A stretch of 64,000 bases of DNA from Alphaproteobacteria bacterium. GTDB lineage: Bacteria > Pseudomonadota > Alphaproteobacteria > UBA828. Below the pieces are notes generated by a model. The model ran no database searches. It saw only the letters and a program-made list of their open reading frames with translations, and was not told the DNA's origin. A program made the translations under genes and the position numbers. Location of the stretch: contig CBDCRW010000006.1 in NCBI GenBank assembly GCA_965221125.1, positions 768,001 through 832,000 of the forward strand, given 5' to 3'. This document shows positions 1 through 9,050 of the stretch, in pieces. Each line of letters begins with the position of its first letter. The stretch's first letter is position 1.

Positions 1-398
1 AATCCCGGCTCGATCGACCGCTCTCGATCAATTCCGTCGGACAGCTCTACGGAAGGCTGCGTTGCTCGGGCTGCGGCAGCACGAATATCCGCATCGGGGA
101 CGCGGCCGGGCGAACGCTGATCGACCCTGCCGGGATTACCCTGTGCCGTGCCTGCGGCCGCCCCATTCCCCTGCCGCGCCTGGAAGCGTTGCCGGATGCG
201 AACATATGCATGCCCTGCGCGGAAGACGGGGCGAAGCCGCCCGCCTCGCCTCCCTACCCCCAGCCGCCGGCCGACAAGCAAGAATGTCCGCGCTGCGGGC
301 GCCCGACGATCGTTCGCCAGAATAGCGAGGACCAGGGGTATTTCCTGGGCTGCACGTCCTTTCCGAAGTGCCGCTGGACCCGGCCCCTCGATGAATAA
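1..398 (+). CDS. 5'-truncated protein with several Cys4 zinc-finger modules (DksA/TraR-type finger followed by a topoisomerase-type C4 zinc ribbon)
   Basis: Frame open from base 3: ...RCSGCGS...CRACGRPIPLPRLEALPDANICMPC...CPRCGRPTIVRQNSEDQGYFLGCTSFPKCRW, stop at 398. Confidence 0.7.
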   Translation, partial: SRLDRPLSINSVGQLYGRLRCSGCGSTNIRIGDAAGRTLIDPAGITLCRACGRPIPLPRLEALPDANICMPCAEDGAKPPASPPYPQPPADKQECPRCGRPTIVRQNSEDQGYFLGCTSFPKCRWTRPLDE

Positions 399-530
399 TG
401 CCCGGAGCCGGCGACACGTCGATGCCTAGCTGTCAATCGGCTTTGAAGATTGACCCCCTATCGGCGTGCAAAATTGACCCCCCTGAGAGGCACGGCGGAG
501 GTTGTCCCGGTAGCCAATAGGGGGGACCCG

Positions 531-569
531 CGCGGCTTCGTGTAGCGTCTCACGCTACGCGAAGCCGCG
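531..569. other. Strong hairpin inside IS21, downstream of istB
   Basis: CGCGGCTTCGTGTAGCGT-CTC-ACGCTACGCGAAGCCGCG. Confidence 0.6.
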
Positions 570-626
570 TGGGGGGGTCCTGTTGGCCCACCGGGGCAAC
601 CGGGCCGCAGTGACTCCGATGCTGGT

Positions 627-1355
627 TCAGGAGCGGTTTTTGAAGCGCCAGCTCTCGTTTCCGGTCTCGATGATCTCGCAGTGATGGGTGAGACGATCGA
701 GGAGCGCCGTGGTCATCTTTGGGTCGCCGAAGACGGAGGGCCACTCGCCGAAGGCGAGGTTGGTGGTGATGACGGTTGATGTCCTCTCGTAGAGCCGGCT
801 CATGAGGTGGAAGAGGAGCTGCCCGCCGGCCTGGGCGAAGGGCAGGTATCCGAGCTCGTCGAGGATGACGAAGTCGCGGCGGGCGAGCTGCTCTGCGGTG
901 CGGCCCTGGCGGCCTGCGCGGAGCTCGGCCTCGAGGTGGTTGACCAGGTCGACGACGTTGTAGCACCGGCCCCGGGCGCCCTTTCGGATGCAGGAGCGCG
1001 TGACGGCGACGGCGAGATGGGTCTTGCCGGTGCCGGTTCCGCCGACGAGCACGATGTTGCGCTGGCCTTCGAGGAAGCCGCCCGTGGCGAGCTCCTGGAT
1101 CAGGGGCTCGTTGACGGGCGAGGCGGCGAAGTCGAAGTCGGCCAGCTCCTTGGCCGTCGGCAGCTTGGCGCTCTTCATCTGGTACTTGATCGAGCGTGCC
1201 TTCTTGTCGGCGATCTCGGCCTGGAGCAGCGTGCCGATGATCTGCTGCACCGGGTGACGGCGCTTGAGCCCGTCGGCAAGGATGTCGTCGTAGACGGCGC
1301 GCATGCCCGCGAGCTTGAGCGCCGTCATCATCTCGAGGACGTCATGGCGCTCCAT
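627..1355 (-). CDS. istB: IS21 helper ATPase IstB
   Basis: Walker A GGTGTGKT, Walker [17 protein letters not shown] and LLDRLTHH motifs; overlaps the end of istA. Confidence 0.95.
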   Translation of the reverse strand: MERHDVLEMMTALKLAGMRAVYDDILADGLKRRHPVQQIIGTLLQAEIADKKARSIKYQMKSAKLPTAKELADFDFAASPVNEPLIQELATGGFLEGQRNIVLVGGTGTGKTHLAVAVTRSCIRKGARGRCYNVVDLVNHLEAELRAGRQGRTAEQLARRDFVILDELGYLPFAQAGGQLLFHLMSRLYERTSTVITTNLAFGEWPSVFGDPKMTTALLDRLTHHCEIIETGNESWRFKNRS

Positions 1356-2856
1356 GACCGGCCTCCCTCAGGCTGTCGTAGCGCTGACAGTCGGCCACCG
1401 GCTGGTGGCGGAGCTGCAGGCCCTCGGGCGTCGGGATGGTTGCCGCCGGCGCCGGCTGGCGCTGACGGGCGAGGATGTTGAGCACCACATCCGCGCTGCA
1501 GGCGCCGCAGTCGAGCGCTTCGGCGCAGGCCGCCTCGACCGCTTCCAGCCCGTCCTCCTGAACGGTAGCCAGGATTCTGACGAACTGGCGGTCGCCGTCG
1601 TCACGGCTCGCGAGCCGGGTCCGCATGCGGCCGAGGGCATTGGGCAGCCGCCAGCCCTTGAAGGGGGCACCGTTCCGAAGCGCGCCGGGCTTGCGCTCCA
1701 GGATCGGCACGTAGTGCCACGGGTCGTAGGCGATCTCGCCGCGCCCGAAGCTGCGGGGATGCTCGGCGACGATCTCGCCATCCTGGCGGATGACGATCCG
1801 ATCGGCGTAGGCCCGCACATCCACCGGCCGCCCGACCGCACGAGCGGCAACGCTGTACTGGTTGTTGTCGAAGCGCACCAGGCAGGTCTTCGACACCGAC
1901 GCCTCGGTGGCGTGGAAGCCGTCGAAAGGGCCGCGCCAGGCTATCAGGAAGGGCTGCTCCTCCTCGAACACTTGCCACACCGTCTTGCCCGGGATCGTCG
2001 GGTGCGGATGTTTCTTGGCCTCCTCGATGCATCGGTCCATCAACCACGCGTTGATCTCGGCGTATGAGCGGCCTCGAGGGATAGGCACGAACAGGCGGCC
2101 ACGGACGTCGCCCACCTGCTTCTCCACCTGCCCCTTCTCCCAGCCCGCGCCTGGCGTGCATGCCACGGGCTCCACCAGGTGGTGGGAGCACATCTCCTGG
2201 AAGCGGCGGTTGTAATCCCGCTTCTTGCCGGTGAAGACCGTGGTCACGGCCGTCTTCATGTTGTCGTAGATGCCCCGCCGGCAGACCCCGCCGAAGAAGC
2301 GGAAGGAGCGCTCGTGCGCCTCAAAGACCATCTCCTGGCCCTCGCGCGGAAAGATCTGGACCAGACGCATGCGGCTGTAGCAGAGCCGCATCTGTGCGGC
2401 CTTCACCCGGGTCGTCGCACCCGCCAGACGCGCGTACTCGTGGCTCCAGTCGAACTGGTAGGCCTCGCCCGGGTCGAAGCTCAGCGGCACGTAGGCCTGT
2501 GACGGCGACAACAGCCGGCGCCGCCGACGCCACGCCCTGGCGTAGCGACGAACCGCGTCATAGCCGCCCTCATAGCCCTGAGCCGCGAGGTCCTCGTAAA
2601 TCCGCAGCAAAGACAGCCGCAGTCGGCGTGGCGTCCTCTCGTTGGCCTCCAGCCGGCGCTCCAGCTCGTCCACCCACGGCCCAAGCTTCGGCAGCGGCTG
2701 GATCTTGCGCTCGTAGGTGTGCGAGGTCGCATCGCCCCGCACCACCTTGCGTATCGTGTTCTTCGAAACCCTCAAATCACGGGCCAGCTTCTTGATCGGA
2801 ACGCCCTTCACCAGATGATCCCGACGGATCCGCGCAATCGTCTCCACAACAAGCAT
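1342..2856 (-). CDS. istA: IS21 transposase IstA
   Basis: N-terminal [26 protein letters not shown] motifs, [12 protein letters not shown]; ATG at 2856 chosen as start. Confidence 0.95.
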   Translation of the reverse strand: MLVVETIARIRRDHLVKGVPIKKLARDLRVSKNTIRKVVRGDATSHTYERKIQPLPKLGPWVDELERRLEANERTPRRLRLSLLRIYEDLAAQGYEGGYDAVRRYARAWRRRRRLLSPSQAYVPLSFDPGEAYQFDWSHEYARLAGATTRVKAAQMRLCYSRMRLVQIFPREGQEMVFEAHERSFRFFGGVCRRGIYDNMKTAVTTVFTGKKRDYNRRFQEMCSHHLVEPVACTPGAGWEKGQVEKQVGDVRGRLFVPIPRGRSYAEINAWLMDRCIEEAKKHPHPTIPGKTVWQVFEEEQPFLIAWRGPFDGFHATEASVSKTCLVRFDNNQYSVAARAVGRPVDVRAYADRIVIRQDGEIVAEHPRSFGRGEIAYDPWHYVPILERKPGALRNGAPFKGWRLPNALGRMRTRLASRDDGDRQFVRILATVQEDGLEAVEAACAEALDCGACSADVVLNILARQRQPAPAATIPTPEGLQLRHQPVADCQRYDSLREAGHGAP

Positions 2857-3353
2857 CTCCCCCTCGCCCCGTCCGTCCAACGACGGGGCGTGTTCATGGA
2901 CACAATCCATGGGGGGTCAATTTTGGACGCCGATCACCCCCAATAGGGGGTCACTTTTCCACGCCTAACAACACTCCTTGTTCCTTTACACTGCGCGGCC
3001 GTCCCGACCTTAGATGCCTTGGCGCCGCTCTTGCCTTCCAACTTCCGGCTCAGGTATCGCAAGCGCAAGCTTGTGCAGGCGTGCAGCGGACAACTCACCA
3101 AACCGGGGTGCTCAACAGGACGGCTTCGAGCATCGCTGCTTGGCCGTTGAGGGTGACGCGGTGAGGTCGGCCGGGAGCGGGCCGGAGGCAGGGCCAGTGC
3201 GTTCTCGCCATTACACGGTGAGGCGCCGGTCGACCGTCTGGAGCCGGCCGCAGGAGCGGCGAGAGGCAGGGGAGCGGTCCATGATGGGGCGGCGGTCTCA
3301 ACTTGATCGGACGACGTGGACAAGAGGGATCCGAACCACGGCGGAGAGCAAGC

Positions 3354-3565
3354 ATGGGGCGTTGATACATTCGCAGCGACGGTCCCGATGCATTGCAGAC
3401 CTTCCTGGCCGATCCGGCCGAACGTTGGAAGACTGGCTATTCTGCCAAGACCCTGGCTCATTCCTGGGGGGTGATCGACTCCCCGACGAGGTTGCTTCGC
3501 TGATCGGAACCATTCCACGGTACAAGAGCGAAAAGCCTGAGTCGCTTATGGCCATGCACGAGTCA
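3354..3565 (+). pseudogene. Degraded N-terminal fragment of a probable DUF6946-like protein
   Basis: MGR*YIRSDGPDALQTFLADPAERWKTGYSAKTLAHSW, then after a frameshift in the G-run GDRLPDEVASLI...KPESLMAMHE; family assigned from memory of the LADP..WKTGYSA.LA.SW motif. Confidence 0.4.
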
Positions 3566-3705
3566 TGCCGAGCTGGCCGCCCGGCTCCGCTACGCTTCGC
3601 CGGCCACCCAGTTTGGTCGAGAAACCGTCGATGCACTAACATTCTACTCGCACCAGTCGACGGGGGCAGGTCGGGTCACCAGCGACGCATTGACGGAGGT
3701 TGCCC

Positions 3706-4422
3706 GTGGGTGGCGTTCTCGTTCTCGGCCTTCTGGTCGGCATGCGGCATGCGCTTGAAGCTGACCATGTCGCCGCCGTCGCCGCGCTGACTGCGCGCAG
3801 CCGGGGTCTGCTGAGCGCCCTTCGCCTCGGTGCGGCCTGGGGGCTGGGGCACACGCTGACGCTCTTCGCTGCAGGCACCGTGGTGCTCTCGCTCGACGGC
3901 GTCATGCCCGAGCGCATCGCGCACCTCTTCGAGTTTGCCGTCGGCATCATGCTGGTGCTGCTGGGAGCTGACCTTCTGCGGCGCCTGATCGCCGCGCGCG
4001 TTCATTTCCACATCCACCGCCACGGCAACGGCACGACCCACTTTCATGCCCACAGCCACGCCGGCGAGGTCGATCACGCCGGATCGCGCCATGACCACGT
4101 GCACGTGCGGGGGCTGCCCTTGCGTGCACTGGCAGTCGGGTTGATGCATGGTCTCGCGGGGTCTGCGGCGCTGATCCTGCTGACGGCAGGGCAGATCGAC
4201 TCGCTTCTTTGGGCGCTCGCATACCTTGCGCTCTTCGGCATCGGCTCGATGATCGGCATGGCCGCACTCTCGGTGGTCATCGCGTTTCCGCTGCAACGGA
4301 TGGCGCTCAGCCTATCCTGGGCGCACAACGCGCTGGGCGCCGCTGTCGGGCTTGGCACCATCGGTCTCGGCGCCTGGATTGCCTTCCGGATTGGCGTCGT
4401 CGAAGGGCTGACGCTTGGCTAG
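3706..4422 (+). CDS. UreH/HoxN-like nickel transporter-type membrane protein
   Basis: GMRHALEADH signature, His-rich loop, GLMHGLAGSAAL, several TM segments; GGAGG precedes GTG 3706. Confidence 0.8.
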   Translation: MGGVLVLGLLVGMRHALEADHVAAVAALTARSRGLLSALRLGAAWGLGHTLTLFAAGTVVLSLDGVMPERIAHLFEFAVGIMLVLLGADLLRRLIAARVHFHIHRHGNGTTHFHAHSHAGEVDHAGSRHDHVHVRGLPLRALAVGLMHGLAGSAALILLTAGQIDSLLWALAYLALFGIGSMIGMAALSVVIAFPLQRMALSLSWAHNALGAAVGLGTIGLGAWIAFRIGVVEGLTLG

Positions 4423-4429
4423 CTAGCGC

Positions 4430-4543
4430 ATGGTGATCGAGAAGCCAGACGGAACGAAGGTCTTGATTGTCGCGAGTGAAGCGAATGCCGAAGCCGAGCA
4501 CGATGACATCGACGCCATGATCGAGAAGGTGCCAGATCCATGA
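4430..4543 (+). CDS. 37-aa ORF translationally coupled to the integrase remnant (possibly truncated)
   Basis: MVIEKPDGTKVLIV...DP*, ATGA overlap at 4540-4543. Confidence 0.4.
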   Translation: MVIEKPDGTKVLIVASEANAEAEHDDIDAMIEKVPDP

Positions 4544-4938
4544 AGCGCCGAAAGAACCCCTTTCCGGGTGTCAACACCGTGGAGGACCGCCACGGCAAGC
4601 TGCGGTATCGGCTCCGCCGCACGATCAGAGGCCGCACCGTCGACACCTACGTGCCCGGCCCCTACGGCTCGCCCGAGTTTCGGGCCGCATACGAGGAAGC
4701 GTGTGAAGGCGCGCGGCTGGCGGAGCACGGCGCGACCGAATGGGAGGTCATGGCCTTCCTCGCGCACCGCACCGCGAAGGAGGCAAGCCGGTACACGGCG
4801 GCCGCGAACCGGGCGAAGCTGACCACCACTGGCATGGCGAAGCTGGGGGCGGAACCGGACAGGTTTTGTCCAACCCTTCCGAAAGGTTGGACAAACAGAG
4901 ATTCTAACCATGTGAAATATAAAGAGAAACGAGAATGA
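4540..4938 (+). pseudogene. Internally deleted tyrosine integrase
   Basis: N-terminal arm (DRHGKLRYRLRR..PGPYGSPEFRAAY) joined directly to C-terminal motifs (RLAEHGATEWEVMAFLAH.T..EASRY); core domain and HxxR absent; ends beside the att repeat. Confidence 0.75.
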
Positions 4939-4939
4939 A

Positions 4940-4954
4940 TGGTGACCCCTACGG
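4940..4954 (-). repeat. att core: copy of the tRNA-Glu 3' end
   Basis: TGGTGACCCCTACGG identical to 21496-21510. Confidence 0.9.
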
Positions 4955-5095
4955 TAACCATTCCAAGACTGCGTAAGACCGTATTGTACTTCTAACACTT
5001 TGTAATACCGTATAAACGTCGAGACGATGCGTCTCGGGTTGTCTTATTCTGTCGCATAGGTTATTACTTGAAAAGTCATAACTGGAGTCGCCGCC

Positions 5096-6283
5096 ATGGG
5101 TACGGAATGGAAGCCGGGACAGAAAAAGCCGGGAAGGCCCAAGACGCTTAGCGCCGCATTCGTTCGGACTGTAACCGCACCGGGGCGGTATGGCGACGGC
5201 CGGGGCGGGCACGGCCTGTCCCTGCTAGTCAAGCCCATGCGCAACGGCCGCACGTCGCGCTCGTGGGCACAGCGCATCATCATCAACGGCAAGGTGGCCA
5301 ACATTGGTCTCGGCGCCTATCCGGTGTTGGGCTTGGCCGACGCACGGGCCAAGGCGCTGGCCAATGCGCGGGAGGTTGCGGCCGGGCGCGACCCGCGCGG
5401 CAGTGGCATCCCCACCTTTGCCGAGGCGTCCGAGAAAGTCATCAAGCTGCATGAGCCGAAGTGGAAGAACGGCACGCGCACCGCTGCAACGTGGCGCCAG
5501 TCACTCAAGGACCATGCCGGACCGCAGTTAGGCAAGCGCCGGGTAGACGAGATTACCGTGGCGCATGTGCTGGCCGCGCTCACACCAATCTGGCACGAGA
5601 AACGCGAGGTCAGCCGCAAGGTGCGGCAACGCATTTCAACGGTGATGAAATGGGCCGTGGCGCAAGGTTACCGGCAGGATGACCCGGCCGGGCCGGCCAT
5701 CAACGCAGCCCTGCCACGCGGCGCCACCAATGGCAAGCATCACCGCGCGCTGCCCTACCGGGATGTGGCCCCGGCACTGGCAACCGTGGACGCCTCGGGC
5801 GCATGGGATGCAACCAAGCTGTGCATCCGCATGGTGGCGCTGACTGCCGTGCGCAGCATCGAGGCGCGGGGCGCCACGTGGGATGAGTTCGACCTGGAGG
5901 CGCGCGAGTGGCGCATACCTGCCAGCCGCATGAAAACCGGCATCGAGCACCGCGTGCCATTGAGCGCTGCGACCATGCAAGTGCTTGAGCAGGCCAAGGC
6001 GGCATACGGCGGCGACGGCCTTGTGTTCCCTGCGCAAAGCGGCCGGCCGTTGTCCGACAACACCCTGTCCAAGCTGTTCCGCACGAACGGCATCAACAGC
6101 ACCATCCACGGGCTGCGCTCCTCATTTCGCGACTGGTGCGCCGAAACGGGCCAGCCTCGCGAGATCGCCGAGGCGGCTCTGGCGCACATGGTAGGGGGTG
6201 TTGAAGGCGCCTATTTTCGCTCGGATTTGTTCGATCGCCGCCGTAAATTGATGCAGGAATGGGCCGACTACTTGAACACTTGA
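5096..6283 (+). CDS. P4-family tyrosine integrase
   Basis: Arm-binding domain (GRYGDG..GLSLLV..IGLGAYPVLGLADAR), catalytic R (TAVRSIE), HGLRSSFRDW, LAH, AY, RRKLMQEWADYL. Confidence 0.95.
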   Translation: MGTEWKPGQKKPGRPKTLSAAFVRTVTAPGRYGDGRGGHGLSLLVKPMRNGRTSRSWAQRIIINGKVANIGLGAYPVLGLADARAKALANAREVAAGRDPRGSGIPTFAEASEKVIKLHEPKWKNGTRTAATWRQSLKDHAGPQLGKRRVDEITVAHVLAALTPIWHEKREVSRKVRQRISTVMKWAVAQGYRQDDPAGPAINAALPRGATNGKHHRALPYRDVAPALATVDASGAWDATKLCIRMVALTAVRSIEARGATWDEFDLEAREWRIPASRMKTGIEHRVPLSAATMQVLEQAKAAYGGDGLVFPAQSGRPLSDNTLSKLFRTNGINSTIHGLRSSFRDWCAETGQPREIAEAALAHMVGGVEGAYFRSDLFDRRRKLMQEWADYLNT

Positions 6284-6361
6284 CCGTCAAAAGACCGCAT
6301 TGTAAATTACAAGACGATCACGTTATCTCCTGGCCGGGGTGGAGACTCTAAGCCCGGCGAC

Positions 6362-6421
6362 CTCCCGAGACGGGAGACCGACGCGCCCGAGATGGGCAAA
6401 ATCCCCGTCCACCAAGGGAGG
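6362..6421 (+). promoter_or_regulatory. Twin-hairpin leader motif, copy 1 (before alpA)
   Basis: CTCCC-GAGAC-GGGAG, ACCGACGC, GCCC-GAGAT-GGGC, then TCCCC...CAAGGGAGG; matches the motif at 13385-13443. Confidence 0.55.
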
Positions 6422-6423
6422 TC

Positions 6424-6618
6424 ATGATGACCCAGCCCGCACCGCAGTTTCTCCGCCTGCCGCAAGTCATGGCGCGCATCGGCTTGAGCAAGCCGAGCAT
6501 CTACAGGTTGATGAAGGCCGGCCAGTTCCCGAAGCCCGTGAAGCTCGGCAGTCGCGCATCCGGCTGGCGCGTTGACGAGTTGGACGAGTGGGCCAAGTCG
6601 CGCCCCCGTGCAGCCTGA
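6424..6618 (+). CDS. alpA: AlpA-family regulator/excisionase
   Basis: FLRLPQVMARIGLSKPSIYRLMKAGQFPKPVKLGSRASGW; GGGAGG RBS. Confidence 0.92.
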   Translation: MMTQPAPQFLRLPQVMARIGLSKPSIYRLMKAGQFPKPVKLGSRASGWRVDELDEWAKSRPRAA

Positions 6619-6620
6619 CC

Positions 6621-8474
6621 ATGCCGGGCGCCTTGGAGGCGCTGGCCGAGGCTGGCGCGCATTTCGTTCTGTGCAGGACGGACAAGCGGCCCCGAACGAA
6701 AGCTTGGCAGAAGACCCCGGCGGCGCTCGAAGCGGCCCGGCGGCACGAGGGGCCGGTCGGAGTGGTGCCAGCCTCGCTCGGCTGCATCGTGGTGGACGTG
6801 GACCAGGGGGGCGAGGCGGCGGTCGATGGCGTGATAAGGGCGCTCGGCCAGCCGCTGGCCCGCGTTCCCACGCGGCGCGAAGGTGGCGAGCACCTTTGGT
6901 ATCAGTGCCGCGACGCCGAAGAGGTCGGAAACCGCGCGTGGCGGCACGGCGACATTCGCGGCGGCCGGGGCTATGTGATCCTGTGGGACGCGGAGAGCGT
7001 CGCTGAGGGACTGGCCGACACCTCGCGCCCCTTGGCCGACCTCAACCTTGCGGACCTTGCCCAGCTCCCGCCCAAGGCGAACGGCGGGGTGGAGGGAGAG
7101 CGCAACGATACACTGAATCGGCGCGTCTATCTGGCCACGCGCAACGGCGCGCCCATCGAGCCGCACGTGGCGGCCGCGCGTGAGGCCGGGCTATCGGAGC
7201 GAGAGATTCAGGCCACGGCCGAGAGCGCCAAGAAGGCTGCTAAGCGCGACGGCGCGCGGGTGTTCATTGAGAATGCTCGCACCCCGGCCGGCCTCGCGGC
7301 GGCGTTCGACGCGGCAGGCGTCGGACTGCGGCTCAACTCTCGGGCCAAGCGCTACGAGTACCGGATCGACGGCGTCTGGGTGAATGCCCGCGACGAGGAA
7401 AGTGCGGATTTGTGCCGGACGCTATTCCCGAACACATGCAGCGCCAAGAAAGGGGAGAGCGTAGGCCCGCTGACGTATGGCAAGGACCTCTTCCTTGAGC
7501 TGCGTGCCGCGTTGGGAAGCCGGCGGGAGGTGGACCCGTTCCTGGCATGGGTGGAGGCGTTGCCCGAGTGGGACGGCCATCCTCGCATCGACAGCCTGCT
7601 AACGGCCATGTTCGGTGCCGAGGACGACGAGCTGTCCAGGTGGGGCGGCCGCTACATCAGCCTCGGCGCGATCCAGCGCGCCTATGAGCCGGGGTGCAAG
7701 CTCGACGAAATACCTGTGCTTCTCGGCGCCCAAGGGTGCGGTAAATCAGCCTTCGTCCGTGAATGGTTCACCGACGACCAGCACGAGTGGCACGGCGACG
7801 GCCTAGACCTTTCCGCCAAGGCAAAGGAACAAGCTGAACAAATGGCCGGCCGGGTGGTGGTCGAGTTGAGCGAGCTGGCCGGCATGCGCCGCGCCGAAAT
7901 CGAGCGCCTCAAATCTTTCATCACGCGCCGCGACGACGGCCAGTTCCGCTGGGCGTACAAAAGAGCCACCGAGACAAGTCCAAGGCGCTGCGTGCTCGTG
8001 GGCACGACGAACGACGGCGCCTGTCTCCCCGACGATCCTTCTGGCAACCGGCGCTTCGTCGTTGTCGAACTGCGGCATGGCTGTGATGTTCAAGCGGCCG
8101 CGTCCGAACGGGAGCAATGGTGGGCCGAGGCGCTGGCCCGTTACCGGCAGGGCGAGCGGGCCAACCTGCCTCGTGAGCTAATGCCCAAGGCGGCCGAGAG
8201 GGCGGAAGAGCACCGCGCGAGCGACGCCATGGAGGATGAAGTGCGGGAGGCGTTGGCCTGCTTGACCGACAAAAGTCCGGAGGGATTTACGATGAGCGAC
8301 TTGCACCAGGAAGTGGCCGGGGTGGGGTCGAGACCCGCAAGCAAGCTCGACCAGATGCGCTACGCGAGGGCGCTGCAACATCTCAAGTTTTCCAAGCAAC
8401 GAGTGCGGCGCGGCGGCGAGCGATTGATGCTGTGGGTCGGGCCACCCCCGCCGGTGCAGGAGGAGCCATTTTGA
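6621..8474 (+). CDS. Primase-helicase (N-terminal prim-pol-like domain plus VirE/VapE-type P-loop domain)
   Basis: VVDVD and TRREGGEHLWY in the N-terminal part, GERNDTL, Walker A GAQGCGKS, ELSEL, GTTN, DDPSGNRRF. Confidence 0.85.
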   Translation: MPGALEALAEAGAHFVLCRTDKRPRTKAWQKTPAALEAARRHEGPVGVVPASLGCIVVDVDQGGEAAVDGVIRALGQPLARVPTRREGGEHLWYQCRDAEEVGNRAWRHGDIRGGRGYVILWDAESVAEGLADTSRPLADLNLADLAQLPPKANGGVEGERNDTLNRRVYLATRNGAPIEPHVAAAREAGLSEREIQATAESAKKAAKRDGARVFIENARTPAGLAAAFDAAGVGLRLNSRAKRYEYRIDGVWVNARDEESADLCRTLFPNTCSAKKGESVGPLTYGKDLFLELRAALGSRREVDPFLAWVEALPEWDGHPRIDSLLTAMFGAEDDELSRWGGRYISLGAIQRAYEPGCKLDEIPVLLGAQGCGKSAFVREWFTDDQHEWHGDGLDLSAKAKEQAEQMAGRVVVELSELAGMRRAEIERLKSFITRRDDGQFRWAYKRATETSPRRCVLVGTTNDGACLPDDPSGNRRFVVVELRHGCDVQAAASEREQWWAEALARYRQGERANLPRELMPKAAERAEEHRASDAMEDEVREALACLTDKSPEGFTMSDLHQEVAGVGSRPASKLDQMRYARALQHLKFSKQRVRRGGERLMLWVGPPPPVQEEPF

Positions 8475-8480
8475 GGCTTC

Positions 8481-8571
8481 TGGCCACACCCGGCCACACC
8501 TCTACCTGCGTAGGGGTACTTTACGGGTGTAACGGTGTTTAGTGCAGGGGGAGGTGTGGCCAGTGTGGCCA
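8481..8571. repeat. Probable replication origin: inverted pairs of GGCCACAC iterons
   Basis: TGGCCACACCCGGCCACACCTC..CCTGC (8481-8509) mirrored by GCAGG..GAGGTGTGGCCAGTGTGGCCA (8544-8571), directly after the primase-helicase stop. Confidence 0.65.
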
Positions 8572-8612
8572 CGGCGCGTTCAACTGGCACAACAGAGGAA
8601 GGAGAACGAGGC

Positions 8613-8861
8613 ATGTTCGACGACGAAAACGAGGCGGCGCTGGTGTTCGCGGCGCAACTGGTGGCGGAGCTCTTGCGGACCTGCGGGATCAGCGAGCAAC
8701 GCACGAACGAGTGCGCGGCGGCGGCGATGGGGCGCATGTTCGCGGCCGAGCAGGGGGACGAGGAGGCCACGCGCACCGTCGCGGCGAACACAAGCGTCTG
8801 CGTGGCCCAGGTGCGGCAGGTGATCGACGCCCGCGCGGCGAAGGCCGCCAGCATCAACTAG
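8613..8861 (+). CDS. Hypothetical protein (82 aa)
   Basis: ATG 8613 preceded by a purine-rich RBS; Ala-rich helical sequence. Confidence 0.55.
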   Translation: MFDDENEAALVFAAQLVAELLRTCGISEQRTNECAAAAMGRMFAAEQGDEEATRTVAANTSVCVAQVRQVIDARAAKAASIN

Positions 8862-8870
8862 GAGGAAACG

Positions 8871-9050
8871 ATGGTTAGACTGAGCGTGAACATGCCGATG
8901 GACGTTGCCGAGAGTGGCGACGTTGTGACGGTAACGGTGGAGAGCGGGACGGGGGGCCAGGCCGTGGTCGAACTGCAGAAGGTGATGGACGCCGTGGCGA
9001 AGGCGCGCGACAACGGCAGGCTGACGGTGCCCGATGCTCCACGCGAATGA
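8871..9050 (+). CDS. Hypothetical protein (59 aa, not in the ORF track)
   Basis: GGAGG at 8861-8865, MVRLSVNMPMDVAESGDVVTVTVESG...DAPRE*. Confidence 0.55.
   Translation: MVRLSVNMPMDVAESGDVVTVTVESGTGGQAVVELQKVMDAVAKARDNGRLTVPDAPRE

Larger units (their letters stand above)
431..2973 (-). mobile_element. IS21-family insertion sequence
   Basis: TG...CA ends with related terminal sequences (TGTCAATCGG..TTGACCCCCTATCGGCGTGCAAAATTGACCCCCC vs the reverse complement of the right end TGTTGTTAGG..GTGACCCCCTAT..ATCGGCGTCCAAAATTGACCCCCC); contains istA and istB; no target duplication seen. Confidence 0.92.

Noticed and set aside
2974-3350. ORFs right of IS21 (2934-3518 minus, 3014-3790 plus)
   Set aside because: No recognisable motifs, and they overlap the IS end or the pseudogene fragment; treated as decayed DNA
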